A DNA stretch of 64,000 nt from positions 186,001-250,000 of the forward strand of contig OZ037766.1 in the NCBI GenBank assembly GCA_964035545.1. Reading direction: 5' to 3'. The translations under genes and the position numbers were made by a program. This DNA is from Bugula neritina (taxonomy: Eukaryota > Animalia > Bryozoa). Under the pieces are notes generated by a model, which was not told the origin of the DNA, did no database searches, and saw only the letters and a program-made list of their open reading frames with translations. Every line of letters begins with the position of its first letter. Within the stretch, counting starts at the first letter, position 1. Below are positions 49,273 to 61,252 of this stretch, in pieces.

Positions 49273-52200
49273 TTACAGTCGTTTCAGTCTTTCTGCTTGA
49301 AGTATCTGCACGTCTAACTTGGTCATAGCCTTGGAGAAGTCGGGTACAGAGGGATATACGGGGCGGGGCAAATGCCTGTTCATAAAGTTACTTGACAGCA
49401 TTGGTAAGCTACGGTATTGACCTTTAGCCTTAGTGGAGTAATGCTTCATCTCAGTGAGGGCATCTGAGGCACGTCCCAACTCCGTTCCATTATTCTGTCT
49501 CTGGCCAGTGATTTGGGTTCGTCTGCTAACTTTCTGCAGAGGATGATGGGAAGGTTCAGTCCGGCTGCCATTTGCTTTCACCAACTGAATGAACAAGTCA
49601 ACATTTCAGTAGATGACAGCGAGCAGCTCCAATTTGTTCACCAACTCAGTAAAGTACAATGACTGCACACTCACCTTGGGCTGCTTGTTATAGTTTGTGT
49701 TGAGCTGAGTCACTCTACTGTTCCTCATCTCCATTTCCTTGCTGTACAACTGAGAGTGCCTCTCCCCAACTTTCTCTGGTTTGTTGAGTCTGGAGACAGC
49801 CTTGGAGGGTTTAGCCGTGGGCTTGTCTACCAGCTGAATGTCAGACATGTCTAGGAAACCAATCATTTTAGCGTTTAGCCCGGCAGTCGAACTCTGCAAC
49901 AGTTACAGTGACTCATAGAAACACTCACAGTGACTCATAGTAACACTTATAGTAATACTCAAGAAGTCATTGACTGAGCCTCAGTGCAATTTATTCAGTG
50001 TTTATCACGTTTTAATTAAAATCTAAACATAGAAACAGACTGTATCCAAGAGAGAAAATTACAAACTCATTGCAGAATATAAATTATTCAATGAAAGTTT
50101 TAGTCGAAATATTAGTCAGTACAGCACTTATCTGGTTTCAGGAATAACTGAAATTGGTAAAAGAGACCTAAAAGCCCAGACAGAGTAGAGCTAAGTACAG
50201 ACATAGTAGAGCTAAGTACAGACATAGTAGAGCTAAGTACAGACATAGTAGAGCTAAGTACAGACATAGTAGAGCTAAGTACAGACATAGTAGAGCTAAG
50301 TACAGACATAGTAGAGCTAAGTACAGACATAGTAGAGCTAAGTACAGACATAGTAGAGCTAAGTACAGACATAGTAGAGCTAAGTACAGACATAGTAGAG
50401 CTAAGTACAGACATAGTAGAGCTAAGTACAGACATAGTAGAGCTAAGTACAGACATAGTAGAGCTAAGTACAGACAGAGTAGAGCTAAGTACAGACATAG
50501 TAGAGCTAAGTACAGCTGCAGCTACCAACTCACCTGGTCATCGTGGAAGATGTTGCTGTTGAATATGGAGTTACGGTATGGATTCCAGGTGCTGCTGACG
50601 CTATTAGCTGCCTTGCCGTCGTCAACTAATGAGCTGGCGTCAGCTACCTTCAGTCTAATCACAGCGCTGCTCTTGCTGACACTACTCGCACTGTTTTTGG
50701 TCCTCTTTTTACTAACATCAGCTTTACTGTTACTAACAGTGCTGTTGCTACGTAACAGCTTCTTATGTTCCATATACTCAGCATGATCTTTACTCTGGAC
50801 AGTGGAAACTGTGTTCACCTGGTAGAAGAAACCACACCAACCAATAGAGAGAGAGAATACCTGAGGCTAAGTAGAGCAACATACGACATGTTTGGTAGGT
50901 TTAGTTCACTGGAGAGAAGCTCATCTGAACTGAGAAACTCATGACTCACTCTGGATGGATTTCTAGTGATGGTCACATGAGGAACTCTACTCTTGATCTC
51001 TTCATCCTCGTCTTCAGAGGTTGATGCTGAACAGGTCTCATGGTCACTAGAGATCATTGCTCTCTGCATACTGCAGCCTGACCTTGACCTAGTTACAGAA
51101 GCAGCAGACGGACCGCGAGTGGCATCTATCAGACGTGGAAACTTAACGTCTGGTGAGATGATGGATTCGGCAGAATCATTGAGCTCTTCTATAAACAGGA
51201 TATGGTAGACATTGACCTCTACAACTAGATGTTCTACACATTCACCCCGAAAACACACAATGAATCCAACTGACTGATTATTCAACAAGACATCAACTTT
51301 CTTCGAACACTAAAATATTAACTTCTTGTCAGACTACCTGTTGGCTCTCCCAGTATAGTCAGTCCTGTTCTAGAAATGTTAGAAGTGGGCGCATAGAATT
51401 CTGCCAGAGTTGTCTTATCTCTTTGCACAGAAACCTGCTGTAAACATGTATTAATGTAGGTTAGAGTGAGAGAGTTTCACTCAAGCTGCTTATTGTCTAT
51501 TCCATATCACATTCATATTCACTTTGAAAGACCTTAAACTGTCACAATATGCAACTCAACACAAAAAGAATTGTATCCTAGTAGGTAATTCTAAGTGAAC
51601 TCTCGACATTACTTGGTGTGTGTCATGTGACTGAGTGTCATGTGACTGAGTATCATGTGACTGAGTATCATGTGACTGAGTGCCATGTGACTGAGTGTCA
51701 TGTGACTGAGTGTCATGTGACTGAGTATCATGTGACTATGTGTTGTGTGACTGAGTATCATGTGACTGAGTGTCATGTGACTGAGTGCCATGTGACTGAG
51801 TATCATGTGACTGAGTGTCATGTGAGAGAGTATCATGTGACTGAGTATCATGTGACTGAGTGTCACGTGAGAGAGTGCCAATATAACACTAGCAGCGCAA
51901 GAGCATTAGCTAGCCACAGAGTTAGTGATAATCACCCAACTTAATGAGAAATATTATAAAATAATAAAAATGTAGTGCAAAGGTTAGTGATAATCTAATG
52001 CCTGTTCACACATGCAGGTGTTGGGATGTCCAGCCAGCGTTACAGAGTGGAATTCAATTCAATACATTACTAGTTGCTCTGGTGCACATTCAGACTCTTA
52101 GATAACTACTTTGTCTATAAATCTGTCTGCCGGGAGTCTGTATGCGAAAGGACAACTCCTACAAGCATGTGTGAACGCGACATGATGTCAAGGTGTGTCA

Positions 52201-55200
52201 AGGTCAACTCTACCTGCGTGTGTGGCATTTCAGTGTGAGAGCGAGTGCTGCCGTTGCTACTACTGTAACTATAATACGAGAATATGTCAGGGGGAGACAA
52301 ACCACATACGGACTTAGCCGAGTTACTGTCGGGTGTGACAATGGAAGGGAGGTCAATGTACATGCCACTGCTGGTGCTCTTGTTGGATCTCATTCTAACC
52401 TTGATGTTCATAGCATCTGGATCAGCTGCAACAAGGAGATAAGTATGAAGAGTACGACTCAGACTGCTGGTGAGTACGACTCAGACTGCTGGTGAGTACG
52501 ACTCAGACTGCTAGTGAGTCGTACTCACACTGCTAGTGAGTACGACTCAGACTGCTAGTGAGTATGACTACAGAGTACGACTCACCTAGTCTACATTTGC
52601 CAGTCACTGCGACCATGTGCCAGAGCCCACAGCTGACGGACTGTAGACTGAGTTGGCTGCTGCTCACGATACACGTAGGTACAAAGATAGTCTGAGAAGG
52701 ACACAGTGAGAGCAGAATCTGCTGAGCTTTACCCCAAATATACAGACTGCCATCAGCTGTAACAATCCGCAATACTAATTAGTGGATAGACTATACCACA
52801 CTATACTATATATTACATACACACTAGTATCATACTCTATTCTATATTATATACTACACACTAGTATCATACTCTATTCTATATTATATACTACACACTA
52901 GTGTCATATACCACACTATACTATACTATACACTACAGAGTATTATATACCACACTATACTATACTATATACCACACTATACTATACTATATACCACACT
53001 ATACTATACTATACACTACAGAGTATTATATACCACACTATACTATACTATATACCACACTATACTATACTATATACTACAGAGTATTATATACCACACT
53101 ATACTATACTATATACCACACTATACTATATTATACACTACAGAGTATCATATACCACACTATACTATACTATATACCACACTATACTATACTATATACT
53201 ATATCATATACCACACTATACGTTACAGAGTATCATATACCACACTATACGTTACAGAGTATCATATACCACACTATACGTTACAGAGTATCATATACCA
53301 CACTATACACTACAGAGTATCATATACCACACTATACCACACTATACGTTACAGAGTGTCATATATCACACTATACTATACTATACACTACAGAGTATCA
53401 TATACCACACTATACTATACTATATACCACACTATAGAGTGTCATACTGGATAAAGCAGCTGACAGGAAGTCAGAGGCAGCAATCTGGCAGACGTTACGA
53501 TCTTTGAGTTCTCCGATAATCCTCGTAGGTTTTGAGGAGAAGGTGAGATCATGGCCGTGTCCAAGCTGTCCGTCTGCACCAACACCCCAGCTGTAGACAT
53601 TGCCGTTCTCTGTAAGTGCGAGACTGTGAGTAGCACCACCCGCAAGCTGAACTATGTTGGTGTAGTGGGACAGCTTCTTAGTAGGTCTTACAATGTCTTT
53701 GTGTTTATATCCAATAGCTTTACCATAGCCCCATATGTACAGCTCTCCCGCCTCTAAAGTAGCAAGTAAACAAGTGTGACTAGCTGAGTGACTAACTGAG
53801 AGTGACTGTGAGTGACTAACTGAGAGTGACTGACTGGGAGTGACTGACTGAGAGTGACTAACTGAGGCATAATCTCACCCGTTACGGCCATACAATGATA
53901 AGCACCACTTGAAATGAGTTTGACATTCTGCAGATCCTGCAAGACTTGGGGAGTTCTGTGAGGCTGTCTGGAACCCACCCCCAACTGGCCATGGTTGTTG
54001 TCCCTGCAAGTACATGGCTAGATTATTAGTTATTATTACATAACAGAGCTGTATATTATATATATTATTACATAACAGAGTAGTATATTATATATATTAC
54101 TACATAACAGAGTAGTATATTATATATATTATTACATAACAGAGTTGTATATTATATATATTATTACATAACAGAGTATTATATTATATATATATATATT
54201 ATTACATAACGGAGTAGTATATTATATCTATTATTACATAACAGAGTAGTATATTATATATATTATTACATAACAGAGTAGTATATTATATATATTATTA
54301 CATAACAGAGTAGTATATTATATATATATATTACATAACGGAGTAGTATATTATATATATTATTACATAACAGAGTAGTATATTATATATATTATTACAT
54401 AACGGAGCTGTATATTATATATATTATTACATAACAGAGTTGTATATTATATATATTATTACATAACAGAGTAGTATATTATATATATTATTACATAACG
54501 GAGTTGTATAGTATATATATTACTACATAACGGAGTAGTATATTATATATATTATTACATAACAGAGTATTATATTATATATATATATATTATTACATAA
54601 CGGAGTAGTATATTATATATATTATTACATAACGGAGTAGTATATTATATATATTATTACATAACGGAGTAGTATATTATATATATTATTACATAACAGA
54701 GTTGTATATTATATATATTATTACATAACAGAGTAGTATATTATATATATTATTACATAACGGAGTTGTAGTAGTAAAGTGGGGGTTGCTCACCCCACTG
54801 TAGCCACTGCTCCACACTGATACAGGAACATGGAATGTCTAGCACCACAGGCTACATGTACGACTACCTGGTGTTGCAGTGGAGATAGGAGGGTCGGTAC
54901 ACACTGTATAATATAATACAATAATATAATACAATAATATAATACAATAATATAATATAATATAATAATATAATATAATACAATGATATGTTGTTATTAT
55001 ATAATAAAACCAAATAATATAATCCGCTACTGTAATATAACAGCAAAATGGAATAATATAATTCAATTCTACACTGTAATGTAATATAATAATTTAATAC
55101 AATTAAAATATGAAATGCTAAACACTAAACAATGACAATAACATGGCACACTATCTAAAGCCATGGTATTACAAACTTCTAGAAAAATCACATTAGGACC

Positions 55201-57731
55201 TTTGAATGACATCAACTAAAATACGACATATCCAAAGGGTACGCAACTCCAAGAATTGATGTTGTCTCCCCTTCTCCCTTATACTATGTATATACATTGT
55301 ATGTATGAATGTACTGTAGTATTTATGTAGAGTAACAGAAGAGCTACTCAGGGGATCAAAAAATATCATAAACACAGCTCTGTGGTGTCTAAATGTTAGT
55401 TTCATTCAATCATACAACATATACAAGTGTGTCTGTCTGTGTGTCTGTCTGTGTGTCTGTCTGTGTGTATGTGTGTCTGTCTGTGTGTCTGTCTGTAGAG
55501 ATCAGTGTGAATAGAGAGTATGTAGAGATCAGTGTGAATGGAGAGTATGTAGAGATCAGTGTGAATAGAGAGTATGTAGAGATCAGTGTGAATAGAGAGT
55601 ATGTAGAGATCAGTGTGAATGGAGAGTATGTAGAGATCAGTGTGAATAGAGAGTATGTAGAGATCAGTGTGAATGGAGAGTATGTAGAGATCAGTGTGAA
55701 TAGAGAGTATGTAGAGATCAGTGTGTATAGAGAGCATGTAGAGAGTAACAGAGTAACAGTGTGATATAAATTAGTATACAAAGACTGATATTTATATTGT
55801 ATAGAATTGTGTTTACTTTACTAAATGCATTCAATACTATCAGCTTAGCTTTTATTATTATCAGCATTAATATTCACCAGACTGAAAGTTAAATGCCATT
55901 AGATAGACTAAGGCTCTACGATGCAGACACAGCCCAGTAGGGGTGACAGACACCCCCACCCCAACTCACTCAACTTACAGAATAATAACTGATTAAATAG
56001 ATTAACAAATATTTTCAGCAGTACTGTTCATGAATTATTTATATAACAAACAGCAAAGACTCTGTACTAGACACAACTAAAAACACAGACTTTACACTCC
56101 CTCTTCCAGTTCAACAGAGTAACTCTTACATTCTGAGTCACCTCAGCTTGTCAACACTCTGTCACACAACGTAGCCCTAGAACCTAACTCTGAGCCCCAG
56201 TGAAGCCTGTGCTCACCTGTTTCTCTATGTTCACAGAGTCGTCAGTGTTGAGGGGAAGCTGAGAGAACGAGTTGGAACCAAAGCCATAGCAGAGGCCCTC
56301 ATCAGTCCACACGATGGTATGTCGGGTGCCGCAGGACACCCCCGCTATGGACGTCACAGACTTATCGTATGGAAGTGAGATGCAAGTTGGTTGATATCTA
56401 CAGTGTGTGTCTCCAGTACCAAGCCTATGAAATAACAAAAACATCACCTGACTGAGTGACTGACAGTACCTGAGAGACTAACAGTATCTGACTGAGTGAC
56501 TGACAGTACCTGAGTGACTACCAGTACTCGAGTGAGTGAGTGAGTACAGTCGACACGATACCTGGTCTAGTAAAGTGACTAAACGTGAAACTGAACGCCA
56601 GGAATGGCGACAAAGTCTTTAGAATCGAGTCACTCTGATTATGAGTCCCTCAGGAATTCAGAGCAACTCCAGTTTATACAGAATAACTTCGGTCAAAGTT
56701 TTACCGGAAAAGGAAGTACAATTATTTAGCTTTGTCAGTCTGTCATTTAGTTCGACTCCCATGTGGTTTGGAGAGAAGTTAAAACCAGGTCAACTTTTCA
56801 AATGCCAACAACTTCATGAGCTAAGAAAACTATAACCAAATTATCAAGTTTAGCCCATTAGTTTCTGAACTGACATTAGAAATACTGATTTAACAATACA
56901 TACATTTTTTTAATTTAAATTCAATCCATACTATGATCAATAAATCAATGAATAACAATTAGTCACTGAGTTGAAGTAGTCATGCTTACAGGAGGTATGA
57001 TACATGGCTCTAGTAACTAAGTAGTTACAGGGAGATAATCTAACTTTCCATATTCCTACTTGTGTTCCACATCAGATGTGGTGATTGAGACAATAACTCC
57101 GACTAACAGTGCGGCAATGAACTTAGACTAAGTCCATAGTAAATATGCCACACAAATATGTTAGATTACATGAATCTCGGTCTACAGATTTGCTATGTTG
57201 ACTATAAGCAAACATAAAATTAATCGAAACTTTTTATAGAACAACATTAAGTAGAGAGAAAGTGACTTACTGCCCGTCTGCACCGTTTCCCCACACGTAC
57301 ACTTTATCTACAACATATATTCATCATTTGGGAGATACAAAACTTGAATAATTACACCAATACAAGCACTGCAGCTTCACTTTACCAGTTATACTAAGTT
57401 GAAGGAGTTGAAAGACAATGAGAATAACATGACAATATTACCTCCAACTCAACGAGAGTTACTTTGTACTCATTCTGAATGAATAATCAAATAGATTAAA
57501 CATATCAATTAGAAACACAAAGAGAGACATAAGTTTACCTTTGCTGATGCACACGGTATGACTAGAGCCACATGATAGTAAATAATTCTCATTAGTCCCT
57601 ATAGGGAGGACACTGTCCCTCAGGATAGTAAGTGAAGAGTCAGCAGGATGTTTACCCTCCCCTTGCCCTTTCTGTCCTCTCTGACCGTGATCATTTCCTC
57701 CCCAGCAAATCACCGAGCCGTCCTCAATCAT
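49273..57731 (-). CDS. RCC1-repeat (RLD beta-propeller) protein with long Ser-rich disordered C-terminus
   Basis: Exons 57539-57731, 57271-57307, 56217-56424, 54794-54903, 53879-54003, 53448-53753, 52586-52756, 52214-52425, 51338-51437, 50950-51188, 50534-50818, 49675-49893, 49273-49584, phases consistent. RCC1 motifs WGGNDHGQ, SCGSSHT, VWGNGADGQLG, SCGTRHT, ACGARHS, GDNNHGQLG, SGAYHC, AGGATHS, SWGVGADGQLGHG, SCGLWHM. Confidence 0.85.
50177..50514. repeat. 21-bp minisatellite near a donor
   Basis: Unit CAGACATAGTAGAGCTAAGTA. Confidence 0.97.
51619..51880. repeat. 15-bp minisatellite
   Basis: Unit GTGTCATGTGACTGA. Confidence 0.95.
52449..52585. repeat. 22-bp minisatellite starting at a donor
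   Basis: Unit GAGTACGACTCAGACTGCTGGT. Confidence 0.85.
52790..53445. repeat. Complex ATACCACACTATACT-based repeat filling an intron
   Basis: Direct reading. Confidence 0.9.
54030..54770. repeat. About 32-36-bp minisatellite filling an intron
   Basis: Unit TATTATTACATAACAGAGTAGTATATTATATA. Confidence 0.95.
55428..55745. repeat. (GTCT/GTGT)n followed by a 27-bp minisatellite
   Basis: Unit GTAGAGATCAGTGTGAATAGAGAGTAT. Confidence 0.95.
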
Positions 57732-57751
57732 CTAGAATGAGTCAGCATACC

Positions 57752-57946
57752 TCAACAGTTAGCAGACGTCAACAGTTAGCAGATATCAACAGTTAGCAGA
57801 TGTCAACAGCTAGCATACCTCAACAGTTAGCAGATGTCAACAGTTAGCAGATATCAACAGTTAGCAGACGTCAACAGATAGCAGATATCAACAGTTAGCG
57901 TATATCAACAGTGAGTAGATGTCAACAGTTAGCAGACGTCAACAGA
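57752..57946. repeat. 17-bp minisatellite near an acceptor
   Basis: Unit TCAACAGTTAGCAGATG. Confidence 0.9.
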
Positions 57947-58373
57947 TACCAGGTAACCGTAGGTAACAGCGGGTAACTGCAGGTAACAAATTAAGTGAGT
58001 GGAACTCCTAACTTATAATTCCCAGCAGCAAATTACAGACAGTTTAACCAATTGCTATTTACTAGAATGAGTTGAATAGACTGACTTATATTAAATTTCC
58101 TAATCAATACCTGCATGAGCTATTATTAGTAGTTTTGTGTTGCGATACCTGATCCTGACATTACACAACACCTAAGAACATAAATTCCTCTTAATTACAG
58201 ATTAAATTTAACAAAATTGATTAATTATTTTTATAATATGCATAATTAGTTTTGGAAACTTCAATATATAGGCCTACTGTAAATAGGAGTTTTTACCAAC
58301 GTTGAAAAATTGGAACTTGATAACTAAAAGATACTAAAGCTCCTGATATCTAAAGAAATTGGTGATGAGCACC

Positions 58374-58560
58374 CAGGGTGTCCGGAAAAAATGGCACACT
58401 TTCGATATTAGGTTTTGTGGTGGGGATGGGTGTTTAGGATGGGGGTTTGAGTTTGGGGTTAGTTAAGAGTTGAGCGTTTGAGTTTGAGAAAATTTAACAT
58501 CAGAGTGCCAGTTTTTCTTATTTTTCCATTTGCACCATTATTACCTGTGCCATTTTTACC
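58374..58560. mobile_element. MITE-like DNA transposon remnant
   Basis: Inverted repeats GGAAAAAATGGCACA (58384-58398) and TGTGCCATTTTTACC (58546-58560), 14/15 match; extra degenerate subterminal copies; G-run-rich interior. Confidence 0.5.
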
Positions 58561-59036
58561 TAAAACTGAGCTTGCAGAGCAAACTTTTGTGAACATTATA
58601 TTAAGTATAAAGTTTAACTGTCAATAGTTGTATCAGGGGAGTGAGAAATAAACACAAAATCAAAAGTTGACAATAGTTATAAATATTTGCTCACAAATAA
58701 GTATATGGGCTGATGGTGTTAAGTGCGCGATCAAGTTTTTGACAAATCATAATCACTATGATAATTACTACTATTGCGATCATAATTCATTTAATTGTAT
58801 TAATGAATCATTGCACTGAACTGTCAAACTATGAATACCATTACTAATAGAGTAGACGAAAAAATACAAACTGGAAAGTGAATTTTTGTAAAATAGGCAC
58901 AAGACTAAGGTTTACTTACAAACACCATTTTTTTTAAAGTCATGTATTAATTATTTAATATATCCACTATCCAATGTGACTGACATCATAATTATGAAAA
59001 CTTCAACAATAAACAATAAACTATTTTGTGACTTAC

Positions 59037-59160
59037 AATTACAGTAAGTGGCGGTGGGTAAGCGTCATCATCAAACTCAGTATAAGTTCAGCCGCAACAA
59101 CACACTTTAAACTAGTTCCTATTATTAAGTAGCACTCCAGTATCATCGGCGACCAAAATG
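59037..59160 (-). other. Probable 5' UTR exon of the RCC1-repeat gene
   Basis: GTAAGT donor at 59036 on the minus strand; CpG-containing; the frame leading into the 57731 ATG has an upstream stop, so it is non-coding. Confidence 0.4.
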
Positions 59161-59921
59161 AAAATGAACACGGGCAGTTTTGTTTTAAAAAAACAATGTC
59201 GACAGTATAACGAAAATTGTTACACTACTGCTGCTATTAGTATTACTCTATTAGTATTAAAATTACTGTTATTTTTTAATTTCACCCAGTGACACTCAGG
59301 TGAGGGACTGACGGTCTCACAGTGACTGCGAGAAACTGAAAGTAAGCTTTAAAGTCATTAGTGATTAGACTTAGTCAACTGTCACTGAATCGAAGAAAAT
59401 ATTCTTTTCAAGGAAGCAGTTCGAGTAACAAGAGCACCTCCATTGAGCTGTGATATATTATGTGGTTTCAATTTACATACCACAGGCAGCCGTACTAATG
59501 ACAATGGGAGCATTCACAACAAGTGAATTACTGTATAACAATGTGAACTACATGTATAATAATTAGATAGCCATGCTCTCCGTGTTGGGGCGTTAGTTTA
59601 AGTCACCACGCAGTAGGTAAAGCTTGGGTCATAGTCTCTAGAAGAGGGTTCGCACAGAACAAATAGTCCGGGTGTTGCCAATCAATAAAATCGGAGGGAC
59701 CTAATATTGTCGTTGGGCAGTGCCAACCGCAAAACAGAGCTTACAACTCCGAAATAGTTCGCAGCCTGTGTAATGATTTGGACTACTTTCATTACAGAAA
59801 GTCTCTCAACACGTGAAAGGACAACTCCGTCAGTAGACAAACTTGAAGAAAATTGTTTGTTTTATTGTATTAAGCTGAACAAGCTGCAAAATGCTTATAA
59901 TTTTAGGGAACTTGACCAACG

Positions 59922-60073
59922 TACAGAGTACTACTTCAACTATACAGAGTATTATATACAGAGTATTATATACAGAGTACTACCTCAACTATACAGAGTA
60001 CTACCTCAACTATACAGAGTACTACCTCAACTATACAGAGTACTACCTCAACTATACAGAGTATTACCTCAAC
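59922..60073. repeat. 21-bp minisatellite
   Basis: Unit TACAGAGTACTACCTCAACTA. Confidence 0.85.
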
Positions 60074-60593
60074 ATCACATACAACGTATATATTATATAC
60101 AATATACTTAACAATTCACTGTACTCTCATTAACTTAACTTATCTAACAGATACTGTTTAGTAACATTATATTCCTCTCCTCTGGTACCAGCTTACTTTC
60201 ATATAAGAGTTATCTTCTCTATTACCAGTAGGATTACGTAACTGGGCAATAGTTTTCTACCGCTATATATAATCAATAGAATACTATACATAGTTATATT
60301 CGTTATAATCTATGACCATGTAACTCATATAATATTATATAATCATGTTTATTGATGTATGACATCATAACACTATTGGAGTTGTCATACACAGCGCAGA
60401 GTATAGTGCTGGTTAGTATACTGCAGGTGGAGCTGAATATTTTATATCATAACATAATTATAGGGAGTTATCCTTTCCTGGTAAACTAGCAGTAGTCCAA
60501 GAATTATTGGATGACTCACACACAGCAGTAAAGCTATAGAGAAGATGGTGAGTTTATTCTACAAAAGGTAACACTGATATTAGCATATAAGGA

Positions 60594-60820
60594 ACTGTGC
60601 GAGGGGGCAGTGTGTGAGGGGGCACTGTGTGAGGTGTGAGGGGGCAGTGTGTGAGGTGTGAGGGGGGCACTGTGTGAGGTGCGAGGGGGCAGTGTGTGAG
60701 GGGGCACTGTGTGAGGTGTGAGGGGGCAGTGTGTGAGGTGTGAGGGGGCAGTGTGTGAGGTGTGAGGGGGCACTGTGTGAGGTGTGAGGGGGCACTGTGT
60801 GAGGTGTCAGGTGTGAGGGT
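60594..60820. repeat. G-rich 17-23-bp minisatellite
   Basis: Unit GAGGGGGCAGTGTGTGAGGTGT. Confidence 0.9.
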
Positions 60821-61252
60821 GTCAGTAGAGAGCAAGTGAAGGGTTTCACATACACAACTGTTGATGGGATATTAAATGAAAGAGATACTGTTGCATGTAG
60901 GAGACCAATAGTTGCTGTGGTTAATAAAGGAGTGTATGTACAATGTTTTATTACTGTCTAAAATTACATAATACAGCATCAAAAAAGTTACAAGCTCACA
61001 TTCATTTAAACTCTGCCATAAGTATAGTTACAGACATTATTACTCTTATAAATGACAAGATACAATCTGATTGGCTACTCAATACACAGGAGTACCACGT
61101 GACTATCAAAGCACTTTGTGAGTGGAAGTCGCATGGTTTCAAAGTAGTTGCATGCTTTATTGATTATCCAGTGACTATGTTATACACAGCAATGTCCTTC
61201 ACCCTGTAATGACCTCACTGAGCTGATTATTAGTAAACTGTAGCTGATAAGT

